Origin: Antedon mediterranea
Taxonomy: Eukaryota > Animalia > Echinodermata
Direction: 5' to 3'
Assembly (NCBI RefSeq): GCF_964355755.1
Contig: NC_092674.1
Span: 8,618,001-8,682,000, forward strand
Length of the DNA stretch: 64,000 nucleotides
The notes under the pieces are model-generated. The model ran no database searches. It had not been told where the DNA came from and saw nothing but the letters and a program-made list of their open reading frames with translations. Below, piece after piece: positions 25,081 through 38,780 of the stretch (within the stretch, counting starts at the first letter, position 1; each line of letters begins with the position of its first letter). The translations under genes were made by a program, and so were the position numbers.

Positions 25081-26146
25081 TGTTCTGTCTGCTGAAGGTG
25101 AGTTTAGGAACTATCGGATCTTCCCAAATTCGGAGTTGCACATGGCAAACTCTTCTCTGTTTTGAGGATATATAAGTGAGGAACCGTCGCGGCTCGTCTC
25201 AAATGAGAGTTGCGCATGATACTGTTCTGTATGAAGGACAGGTAGGTGAGAAACCATCGGATCTTCCCAAATGCGGATTTGCACATCGGACTCTGCTCTG
25301 TTTTGAGGATAAATGGGTGAGGAACCATCGGGTCTTCTAAGATGTGGAGTTGCACATGGCGACACTCTGCTCTGTATGAAAGACAAATGAGTGAGGAACT
25401 ATCGGATCTTCCCAAATGTGGAGTTGCACATCGCACTCTGCTCTGTATGAAGGACAGGTAGGTGAGAAACCATCGGATCTTCCCAAATGCGGAGTTGCAC
25501 ATCGCACTCTGCTCTGTTTTGAGGATAAATGGGTGAGGAACCATCGGATCTTCTCAGATGTGGAGTTGCACATGGCGACACTCTGCTCTGTATGAAAGAC
25601 AAGTGAGTGAGGAACTATCGGATCTTCCCAAATGCGGAGTTGCACATCGCACTCTGCTCTGTTTTGAGGATAAATGGGTGAGGAACCATCGGGTCTTCTC
25701 AGATGTGGAGTTGCACATGGCGACACTCTGCTCTGTATGAAAGACAAGTGAGTGAGGAACTATCAGATCTTCCCAAATGCGGAGTTGCACATCGCACTCT
25801 GCTCTGTTTTGAGGATAAATGGGTGAGGAACCATCGGGTCTTCTCAGATGTGGAGTTGCACATGGCGACACTCTGCTCTGTATGAAAGACAAGTGAGTGA
25901 GGAACTATCGGATCTTCCCAAATGCGGAGTTGCACATCGAACTCTGCTCTGTTTTGAGGATAAATGGGTGAGGAACCATCGGGTCTTCTCAGATGTGGAG
26001 TTGCACATGGCGACACTCTGCTCTGTATGAAAGACAAGTGAGTGAGGAACTATCGGGTCTTCTCAAATGAGGAGTTGCACATCTCACTCTGCTCTGTTTT
26101 GAGGATAAATGAGTGAGGAACCATCGGATCTTCCCAAATGTGGAGC
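25081..26146. repeat. Minisatellite of 71/74-bp monomers (145-bp dimer), about 15 units
   Basis: CTCTGCTCTGT...GAGGAAC(T/C)ATCGG.TCTTC.CA.ATG.GGAGTTGCACAT is repeated. ORF-track offsets of 145 (25558, 25703, 25848) confirm the dimer. Confidence 0.95.
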
Positions 26147-27769
26147 ATTGCGCAGTAATAGTTGCATACACTTATCCATAATTTCTTTTTGTACATGGTT
26201 TCCGTTTGCAGGCGGAAAAGGGCGCAAAATTGAAGTTGTTACATTGCCACATAACAATGATAACTTGACTTGGTTGAAAGTTTGTTATTTAGGCCTACGT
26301 AACATGATACGCATTCGACGTTATTCCAGGAAACGTTTTCTACAATATAAAGTTACGGCTTATATGGCCTAAGAGATATTTCTAGAGTACTTTCAACGTC
26401 CGTGCAAAATGGAAATATATTGTAAGCTATTTCCTGACTGTGTAAGCGGATAGCCATCGCCAACATTTAACCTAGGGCCATAATAATATAGGTGTTCTCT
26501 TAAGGGAATTTGAACATCCGTGCAAACTAGAAAGATATTGTTAACTCCGTAAGTGTAGAGACAGGAGCCGCATTTAACCCATAGGCGTTCTGTTGCTATG
26601 TCACCCACGGGCGTTATATATACTTGATTAGGGTGCCAGTTGTTTTTGGTGAAATATTGAATTATTATAATGAAATAACAATGCGCAGATTGTGGTTGAG
26701 AGAGATGGTAAATGGATCTAGTTTTAGTAGGCCTACAGGTACAGTACATTATAACAAAATCTCCAGACATTTCTTCCGATCACCTCAAAATGGCAATATG
26801 GCCGTCCTCAGAAAAGAATTGCCAGTGCTGGTACTGATGTACCATGTTAGAACGTGGATAGAAAGCTTCTATACTCTTCAACAACAGATGCCCATTTCAC
26901 CTGCCTAAACTACTTTACTAAATGCATATTTTTCTCCAAATTATGTTTTTGAATATCTGTGTTTATTACCATAATTGTTGATTAAAGCTTTTTTCTGTCG
27001 GTGATCTGAATTATGAAACTACGTACTAGTTTTCGTCAAAGTAGGTCATGACACACTATTAATATCGACCATTATTATTAGATCGTAGTATACTACAACC
27101 GGTAATGTCTGAAATTGTGATTTGTTTGCGTAATACCAATAATTAGCCTACGATTTCTCTTAATATCAATATCAATAATAATATGTGTATGTAGATCAGT
27201 GACTCGGGGCTAAAGCACAAACGTACCATTTTATTCATGTGTGGGTTGAAATAAACAATGAGCGAGGCCTAATGTAAGAATCGATTAAAGTAATTTTTTT
27301 ATATATTACGCCTACATATATTGTTTCTCATCACTACATATTGACTATAACATTATCAAGAAATATACAACATAATTTTACTTTATTCAACTACCGTTGA
27401 AATAAACAGACGAAGTGCATGATATTTATTAAAACTAGGTCTCCGTGTACTGGTTCGATTGTCCTTAGTTTCAACCGTGTCATATGTTTTATTTATGGTG
27501 TCAGAATCCTATCATCGTCGATAAAATACCAATAAATCGGTAGGTATTAGCTTAGCGGTTCGGTTACACAGGAATGAAAATGAAGTGTTTAATTTGCCGA
27601 GTTGTTTTATGCGAAAATGCGTAAGGATTGTAAAGAGCAATTTATGGTAACAAGGGTGAGTTGACAAAAAAACTTCAACCACCAGGAAATAATACTGTAC
27701 AATGTAAACAGTAGGCCTACAAATGAGAGTGACACTTTCAGTATAATAGTCTGTGACACCGCGAGGAAA

Positions 27770-28015
27770 TTATGACGCGCGCGTACAAAATCAGAAGACG
27801 TTTCAACGCGCGCGTACAAAATCTGGAGACATTTGAACGCGCGCGTACAAAGCTAACCATCACTAATCAAAGTTTGAACGCGGACGTACAAAGGCGTATC
27901 CTTAATATGGGAGTTAAACGCGTGCGTAAAAATCTTACCATCAATGATCAACGTTTGTACGCGCGCGTACAAAGCATACTACAATTGATCAACGTTTGAA
28001 CGCGGGCGTTTCAAA
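27770..28015. repeat. Array of seven 20-bp palindromes with variable spacers
   Basis: Consensus TTTG(T/A)ACGCGCGCGTACAAA at 27770, 27801, 27832, 27873, 27913, 27954 and 27995. Confidence 0.85.
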
Positions 28016-29990
28016 GCTCGTACCATTATCGTAGCAACTCGTCTCATCCATTCATCAACGCTTACGTACGCGTAAACGTTTATGTCAGAACAGCTTGTTC
28101 AGATGATGGTAGCTGCTAAATTGGGAACGGTGTACTTCTGGTGAAACAGAGGAAGCACGACAATTAATCGAAAGGAAGCCCCAAATGTTTCTCTAATCCC
28201 AGGCGACAGAATTACCTTATCTTGATTTGGTAGGATGCTCGGTCTGGTGCAGTGCTATTGTTCGATTCCTCGTTCAATTGTATGTCTACCTTTGCTCTTA
28301 TCCCAAGGAAACGATAGGGTTTGGCTCCCGGGTTTGGCTATAGAAACGGAAAGGGTTCATTTAAACACATGTCGATAGCTGATATAAAAAAGTAGAGGAG
28401 CAGTTTTCAATTTAACTTTCAATTTTAGTGTAAAAGAACATTTTCATAGGCCTATCCCACATCATTTCCATTAAAACAAAATTACACATTTTCTTCACAA
28501 TTGGTTCATTCATAATGTTTGAAGATGCACAGACGAGACCGGCGGTGACTTTGATCTCGGATAAAGTTGGGTGATTACCATTCCAGGCAAAAGAAAAGCG
28601 ACTTGAACATTTAGGATTTCAAATATAGAATAAATTTGGATAACGCATTATATATAGTGCCGGGCGCAATCTTTGATTACACATGTCTCTATTAATTTCA
28701 CAAGTATCATTTTCCACTTGTATCCAGCCGAATAGTAGATTACATTCATCGGTTCTCTTTGTTACAGATTTACATTGGCCTAGCCGTTGATTAGCGTTTA
28801 TAGAATGTGCCACATTTCATGCCTACGATAAAAATAATAGGACAAATATTTGTTTAGATATCATAAAAGTGACAATTTTTCATAAGATTGTTAAGTTCAT
28901 TGACCACGGTTTTGCTTTTGTAAAGAGCGTGCATCAATTGACCTAAACTTGACATAGATATTTATTTGCTCCCTAGACTACTGTAAAAATATTGAAGGGA
29001 GTAAGTAACATACGTGTAACAGCGTTGACTTTATTTGGTGCGTGGTGGCGGTTGTGACTTTATTGCGTTTTGGCGAATCAGTGGTCTGTAATTCCCAGAA
29101 ATTATGTTTAAGATTAAATTACTTTAAATGTGTAACAATTAAATTAATTACATAATTGATTATTAATCATTTGTGTGGTATTTCATAATCCGATTGTGTA
29201 TAATTGTTATTGTCTAAAATTGTTATAGGAAACTTTAATTAATATGAGATAATTAAACAGCACTATTAGTTTTTATTAATTTAAAATCTAGGATTGACTT
29301 CCTGTATATCGACTTGCCAGAAAATATCGGTTGTAATTTGTACCGAATGAGTTGATATAAAACTTTAGCCTTTTATGATGTGTATCAATATTAAAGATTA
29401 AGCTAGAAACCACATATAGCAGGGAATCACTGTGAAACAGGGCATATGGCCTCTACATTCCCAGCTGGTTGAAGACTGGCATGTATTTTTGGATTCATTA
29501 ATTCATTTATTCTTTACTTCGTATTCAAATAGGCCCTATACCGCATTACAGATACAAATTGCTCTTTATCTAGGTAATACATAATCACATAATAAAACAA
29601 TAATATACAAAAGATAGGGTATTTTTTATTTGTGAATCCTCATTATACATATCTTCATATAATACATTTATATTCATAATATATATAATTTATTTCATAA
29701 TGTATCAATTAATTTATTACATTCGAATCTTTCATGTCATTATATACCAGGTAGGCCTATACACATGCCTTATATATAGGCCTGCATAAACAGCAACTTT
29801 TAATCTATTTATAAAATATTTGGCCTAAGAAGAATTATATTTACCTTTAATAATAAATACAAAACATCAATTTAGTTTTCTACCCAAATATTATTATAAT
29901 TATTGATATTAATATGTAATATCAAATTAAAATATTTCGGGAAATCCGCACTTAAACACGTACGTCACATGATTGTTATCACGTGATTAG

Positions 29991-30191
29991 ATGAACATGG
30001 AGTCCTCCACTGTTACGATGTCGCTGTGTTTGTTGTTTACTTTTTGCTGTTTATTTCTAATTTCTTCGGCTGCACCACAAAAAGCTTTGTACAAATTAGA
30101 TGATTCTTGGCCATTAAATACATCAGTATTTACTGGGCAGGTTTACAGTGTCGATATTGATGAGAAAGCTGGAGAAATATATGTTTCACAG
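29991..30191 (+). CDS. NHLRC3: NHL repeat-containing protein 3, exon 1 (signal peptide)
   Basis: MNMESS...LCLLFTFCCLFLISSA...LYKLDDSWP...FTGQVYSVDID...IYVSQ, then donor CAG|GTGAGT, phase 0. Confidence 0.88.
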
Positions 30192-30256
30192 GTGAGTTAT
30201 TTGACTTTCCCAGACTAGGCTAGACTCTACTACTAGGCCTAGGCCTAGGCCTAGTA

Positions 30257-31028
30257 GGACGCTAGTTCCGTTTCGCACCTGTCATTTATTTCGACTCAAA
30301 ATGGGTTAAGAAACTTTATCGTGAGTACCACACCTTAAAATTAGGCCTCAAAAATACTTTTAGGAAGGAGATCACACAAAAAGTGACAAATAAATGCTTT
30401 AAATTGATGAATTTACAGACGTGTTTCTCGCACATCGGTTCGTCAATTTCGCATACGCCATGTTCAATGTTGTTGTTTCTATGGAGCGCCAAAAGAGCCT
30501 CAATTTTAATATATTTTGCCAATGTCAATGCAACAAAAATGTTACTGTTGATACCCTACATGATTTTAAAATCGACAAATTCATCATCCATATACATGCA
30601 TGTACTGTAGTTTTTATACCTCAAATGATCTAAATAATATTCCTCTTAGTCTCAGGCCTAGGCTAGGTACCCCTAGGGTTTTGTTGCATTGACATTGACA
30701 AAATATATTAAAATTGAACGTAATTTTCACCAATAAATGCATTAAATATACGCATTATATTGAGTTTTTAGCCCTCTATTATGATTGCTCTTTTGGCGCT
30801 CCATAGAAACAACAACATTGAACATGGCGTATGCAAAATTGACGAACCGATGTGCGAGAAACACGTCTGTAAATTCATCAATTTAAAGCATTTATTTGTC
30901 ACTTTTTGTGTGATCTCCTTCGTAAAAGTATTTTTGAGGCCTAATTCTAAGGTGTGGTACTCACGATAAAGTTTCTTAACACATTTTGAGTCGAAATAAA
31001 TGACAGGTGCGAAACGGAACTAGCGCCC
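30257..31028. mobile_element. Long-TIR MITE (772 bp) in NHLRC3 intron 1
   Basis: Near-perfect TIRs of about 240 bp starting GG(A/G)CGCTAGTTCCGTTTCGCACCTG, with a 6-bp TSD CTAGTA (30251-30256 and 31029-31034). Confidence 0.85.
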
Positions 31029-31729
31029 CTAGTAGTAGAGAAAGAGTGAGTAGTCCTTCTAGGCCGAGTAAAAGAGTGGTGTTTATTATTACGTGGATGC
31101 CTTAAAACCTTCCTCTCCCCCGCTGGTGGACAGTTGCTTATATGGAAAGACTGCACATTGTCAGTAGACAGACATTGCAATTATTTTTCTGCACTACCTA
31201 ATCATTAAAACTGTAATTGGGCGCTAGTGTGTAAGTGCCCGTCTTAATATTATATAACATCTCAAAAATAAATAAAATAATTGTTAGCCAGTCCCAGTTT
31301 GTATTTATAATTTGGTTAAATTCCTAGCCTTAGGTAGGGGTGTCACGAAAGCTCAGACCACGAAAGCTCAGACCCCCTAAGACCTAAGATCACGAAAGCT
31401 AAGACACAAAAGCGCCGTGAAGTTGGTTACTTATTCCTTATTCGACATTCGTCAATGGAAGTTGGTTCCTTATTCGACGTTCGACATTCGCTAGGCTAGG
31501 CCAAAATTTCGAAAATGATAATTTCCCAGCGGTAAATATGCCGTGCGCCACCAACCAATCTCCTGCTGTTACTTATTCCCTATTCGACATTCATTCTTGA
31601 AGTTGGTTCCTTATTCGACGATCGCTAGGCCGCGGCCGACCGGCTGGCCCAAATTCGTACCAAAGTAGACCTAGTGTAGATGTACCTATTTTATCACAGA
31701 TTTACATTTTTTAGTTCCGATATTACGAC

Positions 31730-34700
31730 CATACCAACGCCTCGGGCCGGGTTCACAATAGTATAGATTGACGTAGTATGGTCCTGGAATTCCAGAAATG
31801 TGCCACTTGCCCCGACCCAGATCGGGCAAGTACGGATTTTAAAGCAATTTAAAATGCGTATTTTTAGCATTAATTTAGTAAACACCACTTTTAAAGTGGC
31901 CATATGACCACACACCGACGCCTCGCGTCGGGTACACAATAGTATAGATTGACGTAGTATGGTCCTGGCATTCCAGAAATGTGCCACCTGCCCCGGCCCA
32001 GTGCGGGCAAGTACGTGTTTTAAAGCAATTTCAAATGCGTATTTTTAGCAAAAATTTACTAAGAATTAATAGCACCACTTTTAAAGTGGCCATATGACCA
32101 CACCTCGACGCCTCAGGTCGGGTTCACAATAGTATAGATTGATGTAGAATGGTCCTGGCATTCCATAAATGTGCCACTTGCCCCGGCCCAGTGCGGGCAA
32201 GTAAGTGTTTAAAAGCAATTTCAAATGCGTATTTTTAGCATTAATTTACAAAGAATTAATAGCACCACATTTAAAGTGGCCATATGACCACACCCCGACG
32301 CCTCGGGCCGGGAACACAATAGTATAGATTGACGTAGTATGGTCCTGGCATTCCAGAAATATGCCACTTGCCCAGGCCCAGTGCGGGCAAGTACGGATTT
32401 AAAAGCAATTTAAAATGCGTATTTTTAGCATTAATTTAGTAAACACCACTTTTAAAGTGGCCATATGACCACACCCCGACGCCTCGGGCCGGGTATACAA
32501 TAGTATAGATTGACGTAGTATGGTCCTGACTTTCCAGAAATGTGCCACTTGCCCCGGCCCAGTGCGGGCAAGTACGTGTTTAATAGCAATTTCAAATGCG
32601 TATTTTTAGCATTAATTTACCAAGAATTAATAGCACCACTTTTAAAGTGGCCATATGACCACACCCCAACGCCTCGGGCCGGGAACACAATAGTATAGAT
32701 TGACGTAGAATGGTCCTGGCATTCCAGAAATGTGCCACTTGCCCCGGCCCAGTGCGGACAAGTACGGATTTTAAAGCAATTTAAAATGCGTATTTTTAGC
32801 ATTAATTTAGTAAACACCACTTTTAAAGTGGCCATATGACCACACCCCGACGCCTCGGGCCGGGTACACAATAGTATAGATTGACTTAGTATGGTCCTGG
32901 CTTTCCAGAAATGTGCCACTTGCCCCGGCCCAGTGCGGGCAAGTACGTGTTTAAAAGCAATTTCAAATGCGTATTTTTAGCATTAATTTACTAAGAATTA
33001 ATAGCACCACATTTAAAGTGGCCATATGACCACACCCCGACGCCTCGGGCCGGGAACACAATAGTATAGATTAACGTAGTATGGTCCTGGCATTCCAGAA
33101 ATATGCCACTTGCCCCGGCCCAGTGCGGGCAAGTACGGATTTTAAAGCAATTTAAAATGCGTATTTTTAGCATTAATTTAGTAATCACCACTTTTAAAGT
33201 GGCCATATGACCACACCCCGACGCCTCGGGCCGGGTACACAATAGTATATATTGACGTAGTATGGTCCTGGCTTTCCAGAAATGTGCCACTTGCCCCGGC
33301 CCATGCGGGCAAGTACGGATTTTAAAGCAATTTGAAATGCGTGTTTTTAGTGTTATTTTACTAAGTATTAATAGCACCACTTTTAAAGTGGCAATATGAC
33401 CACACCCCGACGCCTCGGACCGGATTCACAATAGTATGGATTGACGTAGAATGGTCCGGACATTCCAGAAATGTGCCACTTGCCTCGGCCTAGTGCGGGC
33501 AAGTACGTGTTTTAAAGCAATTTAAAATGCGTATTTGTAGTGTTATTTTACTAAGTATTAATAGCACCACTTTTAAAGTGGCCATATGACCACACCCCGA
33601 CGCCTCGGGCCGGGTACACAATAATATAGGTTGACGTAGTATGGTCCTGGCATTCCAGAAATGTGCCACTTTCCCCGGCCCAGTGCGGGCAAGTACGGGT
33701 TTTAAAGCAATTTCAAATGCGTATTTTTAGCATTAATTTACTAAGAATTAATAGCACCACATTTAAAGTGGCCATATGACCACACCCCGACGCCTCGGGC
33801 CGGGAACACAATAGTATAGATTGACGTAGTATGGTCCTGGCATTCCAGAAATATGCCACTTGCCCAGGCCCCCAGTGCGGGCAAGTACGGATTTTAAAGC
33901 AATTTAAAATGCGTATTTTTAGCATTAATTTAGTAAACACCACTTTTAAAGTGGCCATATGACCACACCCCGACGCCTCGGGCCGGGTACACAATAGTAT
34001 AGATTGACGTAGTATGGTCCTGACTTTCCAGAAATGTGCCACTTGCCCCGGCCCAGTGCGGGCAAGTACGTGTTTAAAAGCAATTTCAAATGCGTATTTT
34101 TAGCATTAATTTACTAAGAATTAATAGCACCACTTTTAAAGTGGCCATATGACCACACACCGACGCCTCGGGCCGGGAACAAAATAGTATAGATTGACGT
34201 AGAATGGTCCTGGCATTCCAGAAATGTGCCACTTGCCCCGGCCCAATGCGGGCAAGTACGGATTTTAAAGCAATTTAAAATGCGTATTTTTAGCATTAAT
34301 TTAGTAAACACCACTTTTAAAGTGGCCATTATGACCACACACCGACGCCTCGGGTCGGGTTCACGATAGTATAGATTGACGTAGTATGGTCCTGGCATTG
34401 ATCCAGAAATGTACCACTTGCCCCGGCCTGGTGCGGGCAAGTACGTGTTTTAAAGCAATTTAAAATGCGTATTTTTAGTGTTATTTTACTAAGTATTAAT
34501 AGCACCACTTTTAAAGTGGCCATATGACCACACCCCGACGCCTCGGACCGGGTACATAATAGTATAGATTGACGTAGTATGGTCCTGGCTTTCCAGAAAT
34601 GTGCCACTTGCCCCGGCCCAGTGCGGGCAAGTACGGGTTTTAAAGCAATTTAAAATGCGTATTTTTAGTGTTATTTTACTAAGTATTAATAGCACCACTT

Positions 34701-37700
34701 TTAAAGTGGCCATATGACCACACCCCGACGCCTCGGGCCGGGTACACAATAATATAGATTGACGTAGTATGGTCCTGGCATTCCAGAAATGTGCCACTTG
34801 CCCCGGCCCAGTGCGGGCAAGTACGGGTTTTAAAGCAATTTAAAATGCGTATTTTTAGTGTTATTTTACTAAGTATTAAAAGCACCACTTTTAAAGTGGC
34901 AATATGACCACACCCCGACGCCTCGGGCCGGGTACACAATAGTATAGATTGACGTACAGTAGTATGGTCCTGACTTTCCAGAAATGTGCCACTTGCCCCG
35001 GTCCAGTGCGGGCAAGTACGTGTTTAAAAGCAATTTCAAATGCGTATTTTTAGCATTAATTTACTAAGAATTAATAGCACAACTTTTAAAGTGGCCATAT
35101 GACCACACCCCAACGCCTCGGGCCGGGAACACAATAGTATAGATTGACGTAGAATGGTCCTGGCATTCCAGAAATGTGCCACTTGCCCCGGCCCAGTGCG
35201 GGCAAGTACGGATTTTAAAGCAATTTAAAATGCGTATTTTTAGCATTAATTTAGTAAACACCACTTTTAAAGTGGCCATATGACCACACCCCGACGCCTC
35301 GGGCCGGGTACACAATAGTATAGATTGACTTAGTATGGTCCTGGCTTTCCAGAAATGTGCCACTTGCCCCGGCCCAGTGCGGGCAAGTACGTGTTTAAAA
35401 GCAATTTCAAATGCGTATTTTTAGCATTAATTTACTAAGAATTAATAGCACCACATTTAAAGTGGCCATATGACCACACCCCGACGCCTCGGGCCGGGTA
35501 CACAATAGTATAGATTAACGTAGTATGGGCCTGGCTTTCCAGAAATGTGCCACTTGCCCCGGCCCAGTGCGGGCAAGTACGGATTTTAAAGCAATTTGAA
35601 ATGCGTGTTTTTAGTGTTATTTTACTAAGTATTAATAGCACCACTTTTAAAGTGGTAATATGACCACACCCCGACGCCTCGGACCGGATTCACAATAGTA
35701 TGGATTGACGTAGAATGGTCCGGACATTCCAGAAATGTGCCACTTGCCCCGGCCCAGTGCGGGCAAGTACGTGTTTTAAAGCAATTTAAAATGCGTATTT
35801 TTAGTGTTATTTTACTAAGTATTAATAGCACCACTTTTAAAGTGGCCATATGACCACACCCCGACGCATCGGGCCGGGTACACAATAATATAGGTTGACG
35901 TAGTATGGTCCTGGCATTCCAGAAATGTGCCACTTTCCCCGGCCCAGTGCGGGCAAGTACGGGTTTTAAAGCAATTTCAAATGCGTATTTTTAGCATTAA
36001 TTTACTAAGAATTAATAGCACCACATTTAAAGTGGCCATATGACCACACCCCGACGCCTCGGGCCGGGAACACAATAGTATAGATTGACGTATTATGGTC
36101 CTGGCATTCCAGAAATATGCCACTTGCCCAAGCCCAGTGCGGGCAAGTACGGATTTTAAAGCAATTTAAAATGCGTATTTTTAGCATTAATTTAGTAAAC
36201 ACCACTTTTAAAGTGGCCATATGACCACACCCCGACGCCTCGGGCCGGGTACACAATAGTATAGATTGACGTAGTATGGTCCTGACTTTCCAGAAATGTG
36301 CCACTTGCCCCGGCCCAGTGCGGGCAAGTACGTGTTTAAAAGCAATTTCAAATGCGTATTTTTAGCATTAATTTACTAAGAATTAATAGCACCACTTTTA
36401 AAGTGGCCATATGACCACACCCCAACGCCTCGGGCCGGGAACAAAATAGTATAGATTGACGTAGAATGGTCCTGGCATTCCAGAAATGTGCCACTTGCCC
36501 CGGCCCAGTGCGGGCAAGTACGGATTTTAAAGCAATTTAAAATGCGTATTTTTAGCATTAATTTAGTAAACACCACTTTTAAAGTGGCCATTATGACCAC
36601 ACACCGACGCCTCGGGTCAGGTTCACGATAGTATAGATTGACGTAGTATGGTCCTGGCATTGATCCAGAAATGTACCACTTGCCCCGGCCTGGTGCGGGC
36701 AAGTACGTGTTTTAAAGCAATTTAAAATGCGTATTTTTAGTGTTATTTTACTAAGTATTAATAGCACCACTTTTAAAGTGGCCATATGACCACACCCCGA
36801 CGCCTCGGACCGGGTAGATTATAGTATAGATTGACGTAGTATGGTCCTGGCTTTCCAGAAATGTGCCACTTGCCCCGGCCCAGTGCGGGCAAGTACGGGT
36901 TTTAAAGCAATTTAAAATGCGTATTTTTAGTGTTATTTTACTAAGTATTAATAGCACCACTTTTAAAGTGGCCATATGACCAAACCCCGACGCCTCGGGC
37001 CGGGTACACAATAATATAGATTGACGTAGTATGGTCCTGGCATTCCAGAAATGTGCCACTTGCCCCGGCCCAGTGCGGGCAAGTACGGGTTTTAAAGCAA
37101 TTTAAAATGCGTATTTTTAGTGTTATTTTACTAAGTATTAAAAGCACCACTTTTAAAGTGGCAATATGACCACACCCCGACGCCTCGGGCCGGGTACACA
37201 ATAGTATAGATTGACGTAGTATTGTCCTGGCTTTCCAGAAATGTGCCACTTGCCCCGGCCCAGTGCGGGCAAGTACGGATTTTAAAGCAATTTAAAATGC
37301 GTATTTTTAGCAATAATTTAGTAAACACCACTTTTAAAGTGGCCATATGACCACACCCCGACGCCTCGGGTCGGGTTCACAATAGTATAGATTGATGTAG
37401 AATGGTCCTGGCATTCCACAAATGTGCCACTTGCCCCGGCCCAGTGCGGGCAAGTACGTATTTAAAAGCAATTTCAAATGCGTATTTTTAGCATTAATTT
37501 ACTAAGAATTAATAGCACCACATTTAAAGTGGCCATAATATGACCACACCCCGGCCCCTCGGGCCGGGTACACAATAGTATAGATTGACGTAGTACTGTC
37601 CTGGCATTCCAGAAATATGCCACTTGCCCCGGCCCAGTGCGGGCAAGTATGGATTTTAAAGCAATATAAAATGCGTATTTTTAGCATTTTTAGTAAACAC

Positions 37701-38780
37701 AACTTTTAAAGTGGCCATATGACCACACCCCGACGCCTCGGACCGGGTACACAATAGTATAGATTGACGTAGTATGGTCCTGGCATTCCAGAAATGTGCC
37801 ACTTGCCCCGGCCCAGTGTGGGCAAGTAGGGGTTTTAAAGCAATTTAAAATGCGTCTTTTTAGTGTTATTTTACTAAGTATTATAATAGCACCACTTTTA
37901 AAGTGGCCGTATGACCACACCCCAACGCCTCAGGTCGGGTACACAATAGTATAGATTGACGTAGTAGTGTCCTGGCTTTCCAGAAATGTGCCACTTGCCC
38001 CGGCCCAGTGCGGGCAAGTACGGATTTTAAAGCAATTTAAAATGCGTATTTTTAGCATTAATTTAGTAAACACCACTTTTAAAGTGGCCATATAACCACA
38101 CCCCGACGCCCCGGATCGGGTTCACAATAGTATAGATTGATGTAGAATGGTCCTGGCATTCCATAAATGTGCCACTTGCCCCGGCCCAGTGTTGGCAAGT
38201 ACGTGTTTTAAAGCAATTTAAAATGCGTATTTTTAGCATTAATTTACTAAGAATTAATGGCACCACATTTAAAGTGGCCATATGACCACACCCCGACGCC
38301 TCGGGCCGGGTACACAATAATATAGATTGGCGTAGTATGGTCCTGGCATTCCAGAAATGTTCCACTTGCCCCGGCCCAGTGCGGGCAAGTACGAATTTTA
38401 TAGCAATTTAAAATGCGTATTTTTAGCATTAATTTAGTAAACACCACTTTTAAACTGTCCATTATGACCACACACCGACGCCTAGGGTCGGGTTCACGAT
38501 AGTATAGATTGACGTAGTATGGTCCTGGCATTCCAGAAATGTACCACTTGCCCCGGCCTGGTGCGGGCGAGTACGTGTTTTAAAGCAATTTAAAATGCGT
38601 ATTTTTAGTGTTTTTTACTAAGTATTAATAGCACCACTTTTAAAGTGGCAATATGACCACACCCCGACGCCTCGGGCCGGGTTCACAATAGTATAGATTG
38701 ACGTAGTATGGTCCTGGCATTCCATAAATGTGCCACTTGCCCCGGCCCAGTGCGGGCAAGTACGTGTTTTAAAGCACTTT
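31730..38780 (-). repeat. Satellite array, left arm, about 38 monomers of 190/181 bp
   Basis: Reverse-complement copies of the monomer, with ORF-track offsets of 190 and a 2262-bp higher-order offset. Confidence 0.97.

Noticed and set aside
25104-26171. Repetitive ORFs resembling a 24-aa repeat protein
   Set aside because: Units are 71 and 74 bp, so the frame shifts every unit and stops recur. It is a non-coding minisatellite.
27770-28015. CRISPR array
   Set aside because: The context is eukaryotic with no cas genes, and the spacers are only 11-21 bp and partly homologous to each other.
30316-30969. Two near-identical ORFs on opposite strands (ALLALHRNNNIEHG...)
   Set aside because: They are the two TIRs of the 30257-31028 MITE.
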